From Toensbergia leucococca (taxonomy: Eukaryota): a stretch of 64,000 bases of DNA. A program made the position numbers and the translations under genes. Numbering within the stretch: position 1 is the first letter of the stretch; every line of letters begins with the position of its first letter. Of the stretch, positions 34,376 through 47,464 are shown piece after piece. The DNA lies in the NCBI GenBank assembly GCA_022813965.1, contig JALDZS010000016.1, forward strand, positions 1 to 64,000, read 5' to 3'. The notes under the pieces were generated by a model. The model saw nothing but the letters and a program-made list of their open reading frames with translations. It was not told the origin of the DNA and ran no database searches.

Positions 34376-36715
34376 TCATCCGATGTTGAATTCATTGGCA
34401 CTGGCCATATGTTCCCTCATCTTCGTTCTCATCCTTCTCGCCGCGTCTTGCCCATCCGTAGTAGGAGCTTCCAAACCAGCTCTGGCAGACTTTCTCTCAC
34501 CAATAGCGTCATGACCACCATCCCCGCCTTCACCTTTCGAAATGACTCTCCTTTGAATAGCCTGGCCTTTCCTCGCTGTCTTCTCGCCACTGTTTCCTCG
34601 ACCCATGTTCCCCGGTCTCTCCCTCAATGCAAATGCCTTTGCTAAATGACCAAGATGCAATCGCTTCACATCGAACATACCCCTCTCCTTCGCAACATGC
34701 GTTGCGTACGCCCTCACGTGGCTTACAAACGCTTTCCTCGCCATTTCTCCAGCTCGCTTGTCTTCCACAACCCACCTCTCAACATCCAATTGCCAGTCTG
34801 TCGCTTTTTCTTCCCAGTCTCTTCCAACAGTCTTGAAGGTTCCATTAGCAGTCTGATCTCCAAAACCTCTTTTCAGCACTTCTCCAGCTTCGTTTCTGAC
34901 TAAACCTCGTCCAATACCGTCCCGATACCCGCTCTTGAGTACCTCTATATATCCTTCCTCGCCTCCCGGCATCAAGAAAATGACAGCTCTTCCCTCCCGT
35001 CCTGCTCTTGCAGTCCGGCCGACTCGATGTAAATGGTCGTCTGCCGAGAACGGTGGGTCGTACTCAATGACAAGATCAATGTTTGGAAGGTCGAGACCTC
35101 GTGATGCAACGTCTGTGCAGAGTAATATGGAGGGATCCGTGCAGCTTGTGAAGGCGGAAAGGGTAGCCGTTCGAATTGGCTGCGTGAGGGAGCCGTGAAG
35201 TTTATGAAGAGTAAGATGTGGATTTTGGGACGATGCCAGGATTGGACTCTGTGAGACGGTGGCAAGGTCTGTCAGCGATGCCTTTTCGCCATTGGGTTTG
35301 CTCTTTGTGATCTGATCGGAAGACATAACATCCGACATGTCGATCTTGCGTGCAAAGACCTCGAGATGAAAATCGACAGAGTCGGTGCAAGAAAAAAAGA
35401 CAATGGCTTTCATCACCGACCCTCGGCGTGCGAATGTCCGTTTGAGGAAAGCTGTCAGAGCCACAAGACGTTGTTTCGCTGGCACTATGATATAAGACTG
35501 TTTCAGCTGTGCTGGAGCCAAAAAGGCTGCTTCTCCGCTACTATCAGGTTGTCCATTTTCAGATATTTTTGGCTCGGCTTTGAGATGTACGGCGTCTTTG
35601 AGACTGATTTCTCCGAGTCTTTGGACCGTCATCTTCATAGTAGCTGAGCACAAGACCGTGGTTCTCCTGGCAGGTAGACCAGGTATTCGGGTTACTTTGA
35701 CTGCCGAGTCGTGTTTTTCAAGCTTTGCTACAATCCCTCTAATTTCTTCTTCAAATCCCAACTCCATCAACCTGTCTCCTTCGTCAAGTACAAGCCACCG
35801 CACGCGTTCAACATTCAAAACTTCCGTGTTTTCCAGGTGGTCAGTCAAGCGTCCCGGGGTGGCTACTAGAATATTCAATCCTTTTCTCAACCTGGCCTTT
35901 TCTGACTTCTTCTTCTCCCCTCCGATGACGGTGCCGGCAACTATCCAATGAGCGCATCCGAGCAAGCTGTCAAGGACTACAGATATCTGCTTGCACAATT
36001 CCCGTGTCGGTGCAAGAATGATAGCGAAGAGCCCTGAATCTCTATGTACCTGCCTATCGACCTCTACATGCGTGTCATCGGGTTTCTTCTTGGATAATTC
36101 CATGATTCTCTGCACAATGGGAAGTAGGTACGCCAAGGTTTTTCCAGACCCGGTCTCTGCTTGTATGAATGCATCCGAGTCCTCCTTGATCAGTTGCGTA
36201 ATTGTAGATTTTTGTATTGCGGTAGGTGCTTTCAAGTTAAGCTTTGTTAGTAGATGTGTAGCAATCAAAGGAGACAATCCCAGGGAGGTAAAAGTGTCGA
36301 TACCATCAACAAGGGGGGCGTTGGAAGGTTCCGCCGGTGTCGATTCCTCTACCTGCTTATCTACTGGCAAAGTAGAGGATGGATTCGAGGAGAATAGTGA
36401 TGATACTATTCCCGATGGCCCTCCAGCAGCACTCTGTCTAGTGTGAGGCTTGTTACTTTCACCAAGCTTTTGTCTTTTTACAGGCCGTATCGTTGTAGAG
36501 TCTGTGAAGTCTACGGTATTGGCTGCTATGGGGACTCTATTGCTCCCTGTGACTGCGCCAGACGAGGTCTCGGCGGCGGCAACTTTCTGTTGCCGGTACT
36601 GCAAGCGTTTCTTCGCAGACAGTCGGTCTTTCCAACGTCCTCCTTTGAAAATAGGTTTTGTGCCTAATGATTCCTCTCCGATGGCAAAGTTCATCAACAT
36701 GCCATCGTCGGCCAT
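34376..36715 (-). CDS. DBP7: ATP-dependent DEAD-box RNA helicase Dbp7 (60S biogenesis)
   Basis: Start MADDGMLMNF. Motifs AETGSGKT, PTREL, GGEKKKSEKARLRKG, DEGD (the Dbp7 variant), SAT, RGLD, HRVGRTAR and LHLGHLAKAFALRE. The C-terminus is EFNIG. Confidence 0.95.
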   Translation of the reverse strand: MADDGMLMNFAIGEESLGTKPIFKGGRWKDRLSAKKRLQYRQQKVAAAETSSGAVTGSNRVPIAANTVDFTDSTTIRPVKRQKLGESNKPHTRQSAAGGPSGIVSSLFSSNPSSTLPVDKQVEESTPAEPSNAPLVDGIDTFTSLGLSPLIATHLLTKLNLKAPTAIQKSTITQLIKEDSDAFIQAETGSGKTLAYLLPIVQRIMELSKKKPDDTHVEVDRQVHRDSGLFAIILAPTRELCKQISVVLDSLLGCAHWIVAGTVIGGEKKKSEKARLRKGLNILVATPGRLTDHLENTEVLNVERVRWLVLDEGDRLMELGFEEEIRGIVAKLEKHDSAVKVTRIPGLPARRTTVLCSATMKMTVQRLGEISLKDAVHLKAEPKISENGQPDSSGEAAFLAPAQLKQSYIIVPAKQRLVALTAFLKRTFARRGSVMKAIVFFSCTDSVDFHLEVFARKIDMSDVMSSDQITKSKPNGEKASLTDLATVSQSPILASSQNPHLTLHKLHGSLTQPIRTATLSAFTSCTDPSILLCTDVASRGLDLPNIDLVIEYDPPFSADDHLHRVGRTARAGREGRAVIFLMPGGEEGYIEVLKSGYRDGIGRGLVRNEAGEVLKRGFGDQTANGTFKTVGRDWEEKATDWQLDVERWVVEDKRAGEMARKAFVSHVRAYATHVAKERGMFDVKRLHLGHLAKAFALRERPGNMGRGNSGEKTARKGQAIQRRVISKGEGGDGGHDAIGERKSARAGLEAPTTDGQDAARRMRTKMREHMASANEFNIG

Positions 36716-37140
36716 TGTCGTATCAGGGACCGGCGCTTCTTGATCACAAAACTCTAGGTCTCCCCGTCTCGACCCTCCCAGCTCCAATTCGTATTTCTTC
36801 GTCAAGCTCAATATTTAGAATTGAGTACAGATATTGCGGCAGAATTGTAAAAGGCGGCCAAGGTTCCTAGTCGAGAAGCTAGCCGAATCTGGCTGCTACA
36901 AACTCAATTCTACGCAGCAGGATCTCTCACGACAGCACTCTTTCTACGGATACTCAATGTGTCATCGCGTGCTCATCGACCTGACTCACCATGACCGAGA
37001 TCAGTTTCCTCGACATCTCGGAATGGAAGTTGCTGGAGCTTTCATTTGAAGCTGCATCGTTGCCTCCAATATTTCCCGGAAGTCCGGCATCGTAGGATTC
37101 ATACTACCTCCTCGCGAAGTTCACTTGATGCTTGTGGAGA

Positions 37141-38323
37141 ATGGCGTTGCGATTGCGTGCCTTTTACCCACCTAAGGCCCCATGTGGTGAGTGGAGTGCT
37201 TGTTGGGGCTCTACGTACGCTGAATGTAACAGTCGAGCTGCGTCGCAAGTTCCATGCTTCTATGCTCAAGCCCCACTGGTTCCAGGTTATCCGCAATATA
37301 CCTTTACTTCGTAAGCAGCGTCGTCAGACGATGTTGGATGGTCACACGGTGGGTTTCGTACCGACAATGGGGGCATTGCATCAAGGCCATCTAGCTTTGA
37401 TTCGTCAGGCCGCGAGGGAGAACGCCCATGTCTACGTCTCTATCTATGTCAATCCCACTCAGTTTGGGGTGAATGAGGACTTGAATACCTACCCAAAAAC
37501 ATGGGATGCGGATATGGAGAAGCTAAATGAATTGTGCAAGGAGTTCGGAGCGAATCCACATGTGGGCCAAATTACAACGGTATTCGCTCCTATTACGCTT
37601 GACATGTATCCGGGTCTCCCGCCAACTTCAGAACTATATGGTGAAGGATCCTTTGTGACAATCACTCCCCTTTCATCTGTGCTTGAAGGGGCTTCAAGAC
37701 CGGTCTTCTTCCGAGGTGTTGCAACAGTAGTCATGAAACTCTTGAACCTTGTACAGCCCGAGACGGTGTATTTTGGTCAGAAAGACATACAGCAAACTTT
37801 AGTCATCAATCGTATGATGCAAGACTTTCACCTCAATACGACGTTGCGAATTGGTCCCACCGTCAGAGAGGTTGATGGTCTCGCTATGAGCTCACGTAAT
37901 GTCTACTTGGGCAAACGGAGACGAGCTATAGCAACAGTCCTTTTGTCTGCGCTCCATGCTGTCGAGACCGCTTATGCCAAAGGCGCAACGCAGAGACAAG
38001 ACTTACTGGCTGCTGCTCTGGAGATAACATCGTCTGAGCAAGAGAAACAGCGGAGGTTATCTCCCAGCCGCCGTGCCATGTTTGAGGTTGAATACATTTC
38101 TATCGCAGAGCCGTCATCATTGAGCGAAGTCACTGAAGTCAGTCCAAATGATGGCGCTGTTTTGAGTGGGGCCATCAAAATGTTGCCCGTTGAAGAACCT
38201 CAGGCTGGAGAGGACACGGGGCTCGGTGGTGGGAAAACGATGGTTAGGCTGATAGACAATATCCTGCTCGATCGTGATAAGATTTCGTCTAGAACGGGGA
38301 TAAACTACAGCCTAGAGCATTGA
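37141..38323 (+). CDS. PAN6: Pantoate-beta-alanine ligase (pantothenate synthetase); probable intron 37187-37232 and mitochondrial-type presequence
   Basis: GFVPTMGALHQGH, VNPTQF, SRPVFFRGV, FGQKD, LAMSSRN and RLIDN. The spliced N-terminus MALRLRAFYPPKAPCVELRRKF is Arg-rich. Confidence 0.93.
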
Positions 38324-38397
38324 GAGGGTTGATTTCCATCGAGGTTCTGCTAGTATTGTCTTGCCTGCACGTGAGCCTGCAGACAGATTTTGAACGA

Positions 38398-39206
38398 TTA
38401 TAGATCAGTCATGTTTCTCTGCTTAAACTTCTTAGTAGCTCGGTCCGTTGCCCTATTCTCGAATTGTGACCCATGCAATTCAAATACCAAATTCTTTAGT
38501 TGGGCGGAGCATTGCGCTGCTTTCACGTCCTGGGTCACCACATTAAGTTCAGTAGTACCGTCGTCACGCTGCGGTATTTCGAATTGAAAAATCGTATGCC
38601 TCTTCGGAATAGCTAGCTTCGACGTTAATATCTAGTATTTGGACCCGAGCCTGCGTCAAGAAAGGGTGGCTTACTCTTGAGCTCATTCTTCATGGTCACG
38701 ACCTGAAATGTGAATTTGGTATCCCTCACCACAATACCAGTCATGCCCACCATGCCCACGCATTTGCTCATCACAACAGTCACCTTGGCCCCGTGGAAAT
38801 CGGCACTGGCGAGCTTGCTTCCGACCCCCTGCGCATTCACATATCCCTCTTCTCCTTCCTTCAATCCCAAGATCTCCCTCATATAGCCCACCCACATCCG
38901 ATGCAAGGGTACATAGATGTCATACTTCCGAGCATCTTTAGGGATGTCGTAGAGGCCGGAGATGCGCTTCTCTTTGGCGGACAAGGGCTTTGGCTTCTGG
39001 CGGCGATGTGTGTGGTCCTTTTTGCGAAGTCGTAGAAGACGGCGCTTCGAGCGGGCATCATGAGATGTGGGGTCTGGGGATGTGGGGCGGAGGTGCAGGG
39101 GTTTATGGAGGACTTTCTCCGCGAAAATGACGGAAGCGGTTTCGGCGGGCCAGGCTTGGGACAGAATGGACTGAGCAATATGGTCGGAGGCTTTACTGAC
39201 CACCAT
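38398..39206 (-). CDS. POP4: RNase P/MRP subunit p29 (Pop4), one intron near 38615-38673
   Basis: PLHRMWVGY, KLASADFHGA, GIVVRDTKFTF; the last exon reads IPKRHTIFQF..ELHGSQFENRATDRATKKFK. Confidence 0.9.
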
Positions 39207-39770
39207 TGGGCTTGTGATGGATGCGGAATTAGCTGGAGGGTAATGGTGTCCTGAGCAATAGCTTGGAGGCACGTCTGGCGTGGTGTATTCAAATTGGGCG
39301 CTAGGCGACGCGCCTCACCGCACCTCAAATTCGCGATGTTAGCCCCCTAATTATCTGACAACGAAACCTTGCTGCCCATCTCACTGTCTTTGTACAATTA
39401 GCTGAGCAGAGAACACGACTTCAGACTTCAAGGCTACTTTGCATTTTATCAGGCTTCAAGCACTGTGCGCTGAAGCCGTCGAAAGTGACGTCGCATATTG
39501 CTCCGCATTCATCTCGACAGCCCTTGTCCAAATCTTAGACATTCACTCATCCGATCAACCGATGATGCTATGCAGGAATTGAACTCATTCCAGTCGACAC
39601 AACATTCTCCACGACCACCATCATCCTCTCCTGATATCCTTACATGCAGTCCAAGGATCCAGCTGTCAAGAAGCACAACAGCTTCTGAGATTCTGGCTGC
39701 TTTTGCACCAAACGTCTCGCCCCAAAAGAACCCACAGCCGTGGGTCTCGCCAGCAAGCTATCAGATTGCC

Positions 39771-42700
39771 ATGACAGACAGACGAGATCTCCGTCGCAAA
39801 CAGCGCGTCTCATACACCATCTCAGACGACTCTGACAGCGCTGAAGTCCCCTCAGCCGCTAGCTCGGCATTCAATACTCCGCAAAAACCTAAGCGTACCC
39901 GTGCTCCAATAATAGATCTCGAAGATGATACCGAATCTGAGGAAGTTGAGTCGCCGAAAACTCCACCTCCTCGTCTCTCCTCTGCAGGCCATTCATTGAG
40001 ACAACCAAAAGACTTGCATCTATCGTTTCGAGCTCAAGAGAATGGCGACAAGCCCAGATACAAGAAACAAAAGCACTCCAAAGCCAATAAGAGAAAGCAA
40101 CCTTCAGACTGCAAGCCTGCTGCACAACAAACATCCCGCAACCAGATAAGAAGCAACATAGCCACAGAGACTGTGGGTAAACGAGCCAGGTTCTTCATTG
40201 CCAAAAAGGATTACTTTCTGCCTTTGCTTCCAGCGAACAATCACATTAAAAAGCTTGTAGAGCAGCAAGTGCCAAACGACAGAGGAGAGGAAGATCAGAC
40301 TGTTCCGTACCAAGCAATTGAGGTTCAGCCTCGAGGGGTCAAGGCGACGATGAAGCCGTATCAGCTCTCTGGACTGTCATTTCTTGTATATATGTTCAGA
40401 AATGGTCTTTCTGGTATTCTCGGTGACGAGATGGGTCTTGGAAAAACGTTGCAAACTCTTTCATTATTCCAATTTCTCAAGGAAAACCCGGATCCTTCGG
40501 CTTCGACCTCTTTTACCGAAAAGCGTCCATCTCTAGTTGTGTGTCCGCTGAGTGTTCTCAGCTCTTGGATAGCGGAGGCGCGACGATGGACTCCTGACCT
40601 TAAGGTCTTAAGATTTCATGGCCCTGTTAATGAACGTAATCGTTTGAAGAGAGTAGCTATAGGGGAGGAAGACATGTATGGTAATGAGACTAAACAAGCG
40701 CTGAAGAAGAAAAATCAACGCCGAACAGCGATTGGCAAACCCCTCATTGATCTAGACTCTGACTCCGACGATGGAACTAATGAAGGAGGAGTTGATCTTA
40801 TTGTTACGACTTATGAAGGCTTTCAGGCCGAACAGGGTTGGTTCAAGAAAGCCTTTGTCTGGAAATATGTTGTCTTAGACGAAGGTCATAAGATCAAAAA
40901 CGATCTTAGCCAGATATCCATGGCCCTGCATGGACTGGGAGCAGAATATCGCCTTATCCTTACTGGGACACCTTTGCAGAATAATTTAGTCGAGCTGTGG
41001 GCACTGCTTCGATGGTTATACCCAGAAGTCTTCAACGAGAAGACGGCGGAATTATTCAAGACATCGTTTGATTTGACGCGGGGCAAAGTCAGCACCACAG
41101 TCATGGACGATGCAAGGCATTTGCTCGAACTTATTATGCTCAGACGAATGAAAAACAGTCCAGGTGTAGATCTAAACCTCCCTCCAAAGACCGATGTTTT
41201 ACTATTTGTACCACTTACTCCCATGCAACGCTTTTGGTACACACGACTTTTGACACGTGCAGACCAAGGGCTTCTTGATGACTTATTTAAGAACGCGAAA
41301 TCGAAGGTAGCAACAGCTCTTGAGCAAGAGAGTCACGATAAAGTAAGCTGGCAAGACAAGGGTATCGAAGAACTAGAAGCTCTCGACAAGGGACTCGTGG
41401 GTACTGTGGCCGGTGCTGAATGGGAAGAGAGCAAAGAAATCATGAGGCAGGCCATTAAGCAGGAAAAGCTCGATAACAGTAAGAGCACAGCGTGGAAGAA
41501 ACTGATGAATCTCTTGATGCAACTTCGAAAGGTTCGTAAACCTGAAACCTTTTTGCTCTATGAGTTATAAAATTATGTTGCAACACTTTTGGTCAATCAT
41601 TTCATCTCTCCACGAACAGTCTTTTTCATCCTATTCGACTTGTTGAGTTAATGCTTTAATTGCAAGGTGGAAAGCTGACAATAGTAGTGTTGCAATCATC
41701 CTTATCAACTCCCTCATGCGGAACCGGATCCATACTATCTTGGCGAGCACATCATCCACGCATCCGGGAAATTCATCGTGCTGGACAAGATAGTCAATGA
41801 GCTCGTTGTGAAGCAAAAAAAGAAAATCTTAATCTTTTCTGGATTTACGCGTATGCTCGACTGCTGCGAGGACTTTCTGTCTCTTCGCGGAGGGGACGGA
41901 TCGAAGTTCAGATACTTACGACTTGACGGAGGGACCGCGCGGGCGAGGCGTAATCTTGGAATACGCATGTTCAATGACAAGAAGTCGGATTATCGAGTAA
42001 TGCTGATTTCTACGCGGGCTGGGGGCTTGGGGATCAATCTAGCGACTGCCTCTGATGTTGTAATGCTAGATCAGTGAGTGTAATTTCTGCACCTGACTTG
42101 TGTGCAGGCTAAGCCGATACATCTAGGGACTGGAATCCACAGATCATGTTACAAGCAGAGGCTCGAGCTCACCGAATTGGACAGACTCAACCAGTAACAG
42201 TTTACAAACTCTGCACGCAAGGTACAGTCGAAGAGCAGATGATGGGCCGTATCCAAAAGAAGCTGTATCTCTCAGCCAAGGTCACGGAGTCTATGCGAGA
42301 CATTCACTCGCAATCAGCGTCGAAAACGAAGAAGGGTCGACCGAGCGAAGCAGCAGACGAAGATTTGCCTCAGCTGAATACAAGTCAATTGATGTCTTTA
42401 GTCCGTAGGGGCGCTCAGGCACTCGCACATCCAGAACTTGACGTCAACGAAATGCTCGGCTGGGATTGGCAAACTATGCTGGAGAAATGCAAGGACAAAC
42501 CTGCCGACATACACGTGTCCGAGCAGACTCAGGCCAATGTTGTTGTGAAAGAGGAAGATGAGAAGAACTGGCTTTCGCAAATGGAGCAGGTCGAGAGTCG
42601 TGTCTTTGAAGGCAAACGATATGCCAAAGAGCAGAAGAAATCAGGCCTGAGTATCCCAGAGGAGTGGGCAAATGATGCCAAAAGGAAGAGAGTCGAGACC

Positions 42701-43623
42701 ACAGTGATGATAGATGGGTTCGCCATTAGCAAGGAGAGCTTACTATGCGCTGACTGGGAGGCCGTACCAACATTAGCTGGCAAAGATCCACGCTTGGCAG
42801 AACCCAAGCGCGAGAAGAAAGCTGCCATAGTCAACCAAGAGGTATGCATTTATCCTCCTCCCACCTGTTCCCAAAAAAAAGTCACTAATCAACCCCCTAG
42901 CAATGCCAAATCTGCTGGGACGGCGGCGACCTAGTCCTCTGCTCTGGCTGCCCGCGTTCCTACCACTTCCCATGCCTCGACAAACCCAGCAAAATCCGCG
43001 CCCGCGGCGTGATGCAATTCCACTGCCCGCAGCACCAATGCGCCCTCTGCCAGCAAAAGACGGGCGACGCCGGCGGCATGATCCTCCGCTGCCGTTGGTG
43101 CGAGCGCGGCTACTGCGAAGATTGCCTCGACTGGGACAACACCGACCTCATCGGCGACAACCTCCCCGAGTACGAATTACTAGGTTTTCCTGCTGTCACG
43201 CAGGCGTTTTATATTCGCTGCCCCGCGTGCGTGGAACATCATGCCAAGGACCCCGGAGAGGGGCATTTTTGTGAGAATCAGGCCAAGCAGTTCGAGGCGC
43301 AGTATCGGCAGATGCTTGATGAGAAGACGGCCTTGGCTGCGGCCGCTGCTGCTGCTGATGCGGTAACGGAGGTGCTGGAGGAGGAGGAGCCGAAAAAGGG
43401 CGTCTTATTGCTGCCGAGCAGTCGGGCGGAGTCGCTTACTGATGCAACGACATTGAACGACTCGGGAATCAGCACGCCCAAGGTTGTTGGGGAGGTGGTG
43501 GGGACTTGTTCCGTGGAGGGGGGAAAGAAGAGGAAGGCTTTGAGGGAAGCAGGAGTGGGTGGCACGCCGAGTAAGAAGGTCAAGGCTAGGGTTTCTACTT
43601 TTGGGGCCGGGGAGGAGGTGTGA
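39771..43623 (+). CDS. SNF2-family (ISWI-related) chromatin-remodelling ATPase with C-terminal PHD-type zinc fingers, multi-exon
   Basis: ILGDEMGLGKT, VCPLSV, LDEGHKIKN, LTGTPLQN, QLRK|CCNHP, SGKF, STRAGGLGINL and QAEARAHRIGQ. The C-terminus has CQICWDGG..C..CPRSYH..C, CPQHQC..C and CRWC..YC..C. The start may be further upstream. Confidence 0.9.
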
Positions 43624-43661
43624 GGGTGTGTGCTAGGGGAGAGGGGTTGGCGACGCTGGAG

Positions 43662-43765
<104 letters not shown>

Positions 43766-44469
43766 AAAAGAAGTGGGTTGCCTCGTGTTTTTTTGGAGTA
43801 GGGGATGGGGTTGATGATACCTTACTGCTACAGGCGGTATGAGCAATTCAGGCATACCTACTTCGCCTTGGGGAGATATTGGGGACATGTACGATAGGAT
43901 CACCCTAGCTTTCCGTTTTCGGATAGATGTCAGAAGAATGAAGAAACAGGAAAGAGAGAAGCGAATGCTTATCAATTTCGGATAATTGCCGTTTTTCTTC
44001 TTTACTTTCCCCCCTTTCCCCGTCGTCCTTCCTCTAAGTTCCCAACCGGCCCCTGAATAAATTTAGACAGGAGTCACTCCGATCCTTGTGGGCTCAAGAT
44101 ACCAAGGAACCATCATCGCACACACACGCCAACTAAACCTTTCTTAAAATTTGTCAAAAATCCCATCTCCAGACAAAACGGAGCGGAGCGGAACAAATTC
44201 CCCTGATTCAAATTAAAAATTTTATTCTATTTTTTTTTTCAATTGTTTTTGGTGGATATCGCCATCATCAACAACAAAAAGGTCTACACTGGTGACCATC
44301 CCACCCCATCTCAAATAATCATCCATCTCCGCCCTCCGCCCTTTTCCCCCCTCCCACCCTCAATTCAAGAGAAACCCCAGCTCTCCCCCCCCTCAGATCT
44401 AGCACAAGCAAACACCCACGTCTAACAACCAGGCCAGGCCATACCAAACCAAGCCCAAACCAAAAAGCA

Positions 44470-44504
44470 AAGAAGAAGAAGAAGAAGAAGAAGAAGAAGA
44501 AGAA
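44470..44504 (+). repeat. (GAA)n microsatellite
   Basis: About 11 GAA units just past the Clr2 stop codon. Confidence 0.95.
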
Positions 44505-44523
44505 AAAAAAACCCCCCAAGCTC

Positions 44524-46683
44524 TCAAAACGCACCCCCTCCACCCCCACCATCATCCCCCACAAATCCCCCCAAATAACCCCCCTCCTCCATCCTCTCCA
44601 AATCCATAAATTCCGCAATCGCCCCATCAGAAACCCCGCCATGCAACCCCAGCCCGCCTCCGCCGCCGCCACCACGCTGACCGTCATCCAAGCCGCCACC
44701 AAGCCCACTCAATGATCCACCCCCACCGCCGACAGGCACACCGGCCGGATTCGGTTCACCAACGGGAAAAACCCTCTCGTCCTCAGGGCCATCCATGCCC
44801 CGACTGATAAGCGTGCCGGTTGGGACAGCGCGGCCAAATACGTCGATGCGGTCACCGAAGCGGGTACCCTGCCGGCCAGCGAGGGAAGAATGGTCGCCAC
44901 GACCATTCATCCAGTGGCCCCCGTCGGGAATCTCGCCGCGCTCGAGGTCGCGAGTAAAGTCTGTGGCGCCGCGGAGGATGGGGAGCAGGACGGAAGACTC
45001 GTACCAGCGGCCCTTGACGTCCGCGAGGCCGAGGCGAGCCTGGGATTGGAGGAGGGCCCAGTGGGCGATGGTGCCCTTTTTGGAGATAGTGGCGCGGTTG
45101 CGGTAGGCGAGGTCTTCGTGGAGTCGTTTGGGGAGGTAGAAGTTCTGTGGGGGTTCGCGGCCTTTGATGTGGGGCGTGGTGGTGAAGGTGTAGATGTCGC
45201 CAATGAGGGTGATGGTTGGCGGGTGTGCATCTGTGGGTGTGGGAAGCGGCTTGAGCTTCTCCACGATGCGATGCAGTACCATTATGTCTTGTCCGGTACC
45301 TACGCGTAGACGGATGGCTTCGCCAACCCAGAGTTTTTCGCCACCAAAGTAGAGGCCGCAGTAGGAGCGTTCGTTAGGCTGGGTGTTGTTATAGAGACTT
45401 AGGGGTTGGATGGGGGTAAAGGTCTGGTCGGTGGCTTGGGCGGCGAAGATGCTGCCGTCGACTTCGGCGTCGCCATCGCCGTAGCGGCCTCTGATCACAG
45501 CGCTCCAGTCGATCATGTCGTAGCTAAGGCCTGGTGCAGCGAGAGCGGTGTGGGTGGGCGCTGGGGGACTCCAGGCTAGCCAGGGGCGGAGTAGATTCTC
45601 TTGAGAAATGATTTTGATGCCTGGGTGGCTAAAGGGATGGGAAAGTGGTTGCACGAGATACTTTGGGCGGTCCTGATGGCGTTGGTCTTTGAATAGATCA
45701 CGCATAATGATGATGGCTAGACTCCATGCTGTGGTGCCTTTTTGGACCCACACGAGCTCGCCCAGTCGGAACAGATATTTACCGGGATGTGAGTCGAGGT
45801 CTTGCTCGAAGCATTGGGATAATGCCAAAGGCGTCGGTGCCAATGCTATTGAGTTATTGGTGCTTGTGCGAGAGGTGGATGATAGAGCAGGAGACGGCAT
45901 AGGCTTCGGCACGGACTTTGGTAGCTTCTCCTGGGACATTTTGCGTTGTGGAATCACCACCATCGGATTTGTGCTTGTGTTTGCGGCCTCCGCTGAAGAG
46001 TTTTCCTTTGTGACGATCGGTCCCTTCTTCGCGCGAGCGTAATCTTTCATGAATATCTCCGATTCATCATCGCCAGGTTTGCCCCACAGTTCATTTCCCT
46101 GGATGTCCTCTGGAGCGCACATCTTGCAAGAACAGTTGTCCGGATCACCAACTTCATCCATCGAGAGCCAAAGCAAATGTGGGAAGTAGTCGGCAGGACT
46201 CCTATAGCGCTTCTTGCGACCCTCGGGGTGACCATACAAATAGGCATCTTGACGATCGTTAGAACCCCCTGCATGATTCTTGGATGATTTTGTCAACTCG
46301 CCGGTCTTCTCGCTCTCGTCCTTCGTAAATCTCACGTGCTCGTAAAGTCGATAATTCTCCGGCAGCGCTGCAAGAATAAAGTTCTGAGCTCGAAGTCGAT
46401 CAGCTTATGCTCTCGCACGAAAATGCCCAAGACACTTACCTCGATGCTCCTCATCTCCAATCTCTCTCATCAGCATCCCTCCAAGTTTTCGTTTCCAGTC
46501 TATATGCTTCGCATCACCGGGCTCAAGCATTTTGTAGTAGTCAACAACACCTCTGGCATCAGGCTTTGTATCCAATTGTGCATCGGTCGGGGCATTCTCC
46601 TCTTTCTTGCTGCCCTTGGCAACATGTAACACCCCATCGGATCTTGCAGAATAGACCAGGCGGTAGTCTGATGGATCTCCCAT
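44524..46683 (-). CDS. clr2: Cryptic loci regulator 2 (Clr2)-like transcriptional silencing protein; intron ~46368-46439
   Basis: RSDG, WKRKLGGML, LPENYRLYEH and DAYLYGHP..YRSPADYFPHLLWL..CSCKMC. The C-terminal domain has FRLGELVW, GLYFGGEKLWVGEAIRL and VKGRWYE. Confidence 0.85.
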
Positions 46684-47140
46684 ATTCGAGTTGGTTTCAC
46701 AATCGCTTGATTCCTGGGAGGCAGAAGAGCGCTCCGAAGAGGAGCTACTCTCCGGTCCGCTGCTCTCTGAATCGTTGGCCGGTGGTTTGTTGCTCTGACT
46801 GGATCGTCTCGAGCCAGCATGTGAGTTTGAAGCTCTAGATCCCAAACGGGACCTTGAAGCTCTGGATGCGACGCGAGGCTTTGGAAGATTGGTGCCCACG
46901 CGTGAGCTCGATGATTGGTGCGTCATATTTGCCAAGCCTTCGACTCTTGTAGTGTAGCGTTGCGCGGTACTCGGCCTCGACGATCACCGATATCTTTGAT
47001 GCGTCGATTGGTCAGCGTAGCGAGAGAAAGCACGATTACTCTCAACTGTCATCGAGCAAATCTGAGTCAGATCCTCTTCTAATGATTCAGATCTTATGTT
47101 GACACGTACAGAATCTTTCTCAGGTTATACCGAGTTAACA

Positions 47141-47464
47141 ATGGCTGCCGCTCTAATCCTTCCGAGCTGTAAAGTGTTATCATAGTAATGATAGTCACTG
47201 CTAACATACTTGTCACTCCCAACCAACTTCGTGTACCCGGCAGCTTTGACGGCCTTCGGGCTTGCTGGAAACTCGTATTTTCTCGGAAATCAGATAAAGG
47301 ACGTGAGAGATGAGCTAGGCGGCCATATCAAAGAGCTCAATGACGACGTTAAAGACGTTAAGCATGATGTACAATATCTCAAAGTTCGTCGGATAGAAAT
47401 GAAGCTTCACGATATGGCTGTTGCGGAGAAGCTACTCAAGGACTGCGTCAAGAAAAACAAGTGA
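47141..47464 (+). CDS. Small (~80 aa) hypothetical protein with hydrophobic N-terminus and coiled coil; probable intron ~47169-47243
   Basis: ATG GCT..AGC T|gtaaag..gctaac..cggcag|CT TTG joins in frame to give MAAALILPSSLTAFGLAGNSYFLG, then the heptad-like IKDVRDELGGHIKELNDDVKDVKHDV. Confidence 0.55.

Noticed and set aside
35710..35800. DEGD instead of DEAD as an inactivated helicase
   Set aside because: DEGD is the normal motif II in the Dbp7 subfamily.
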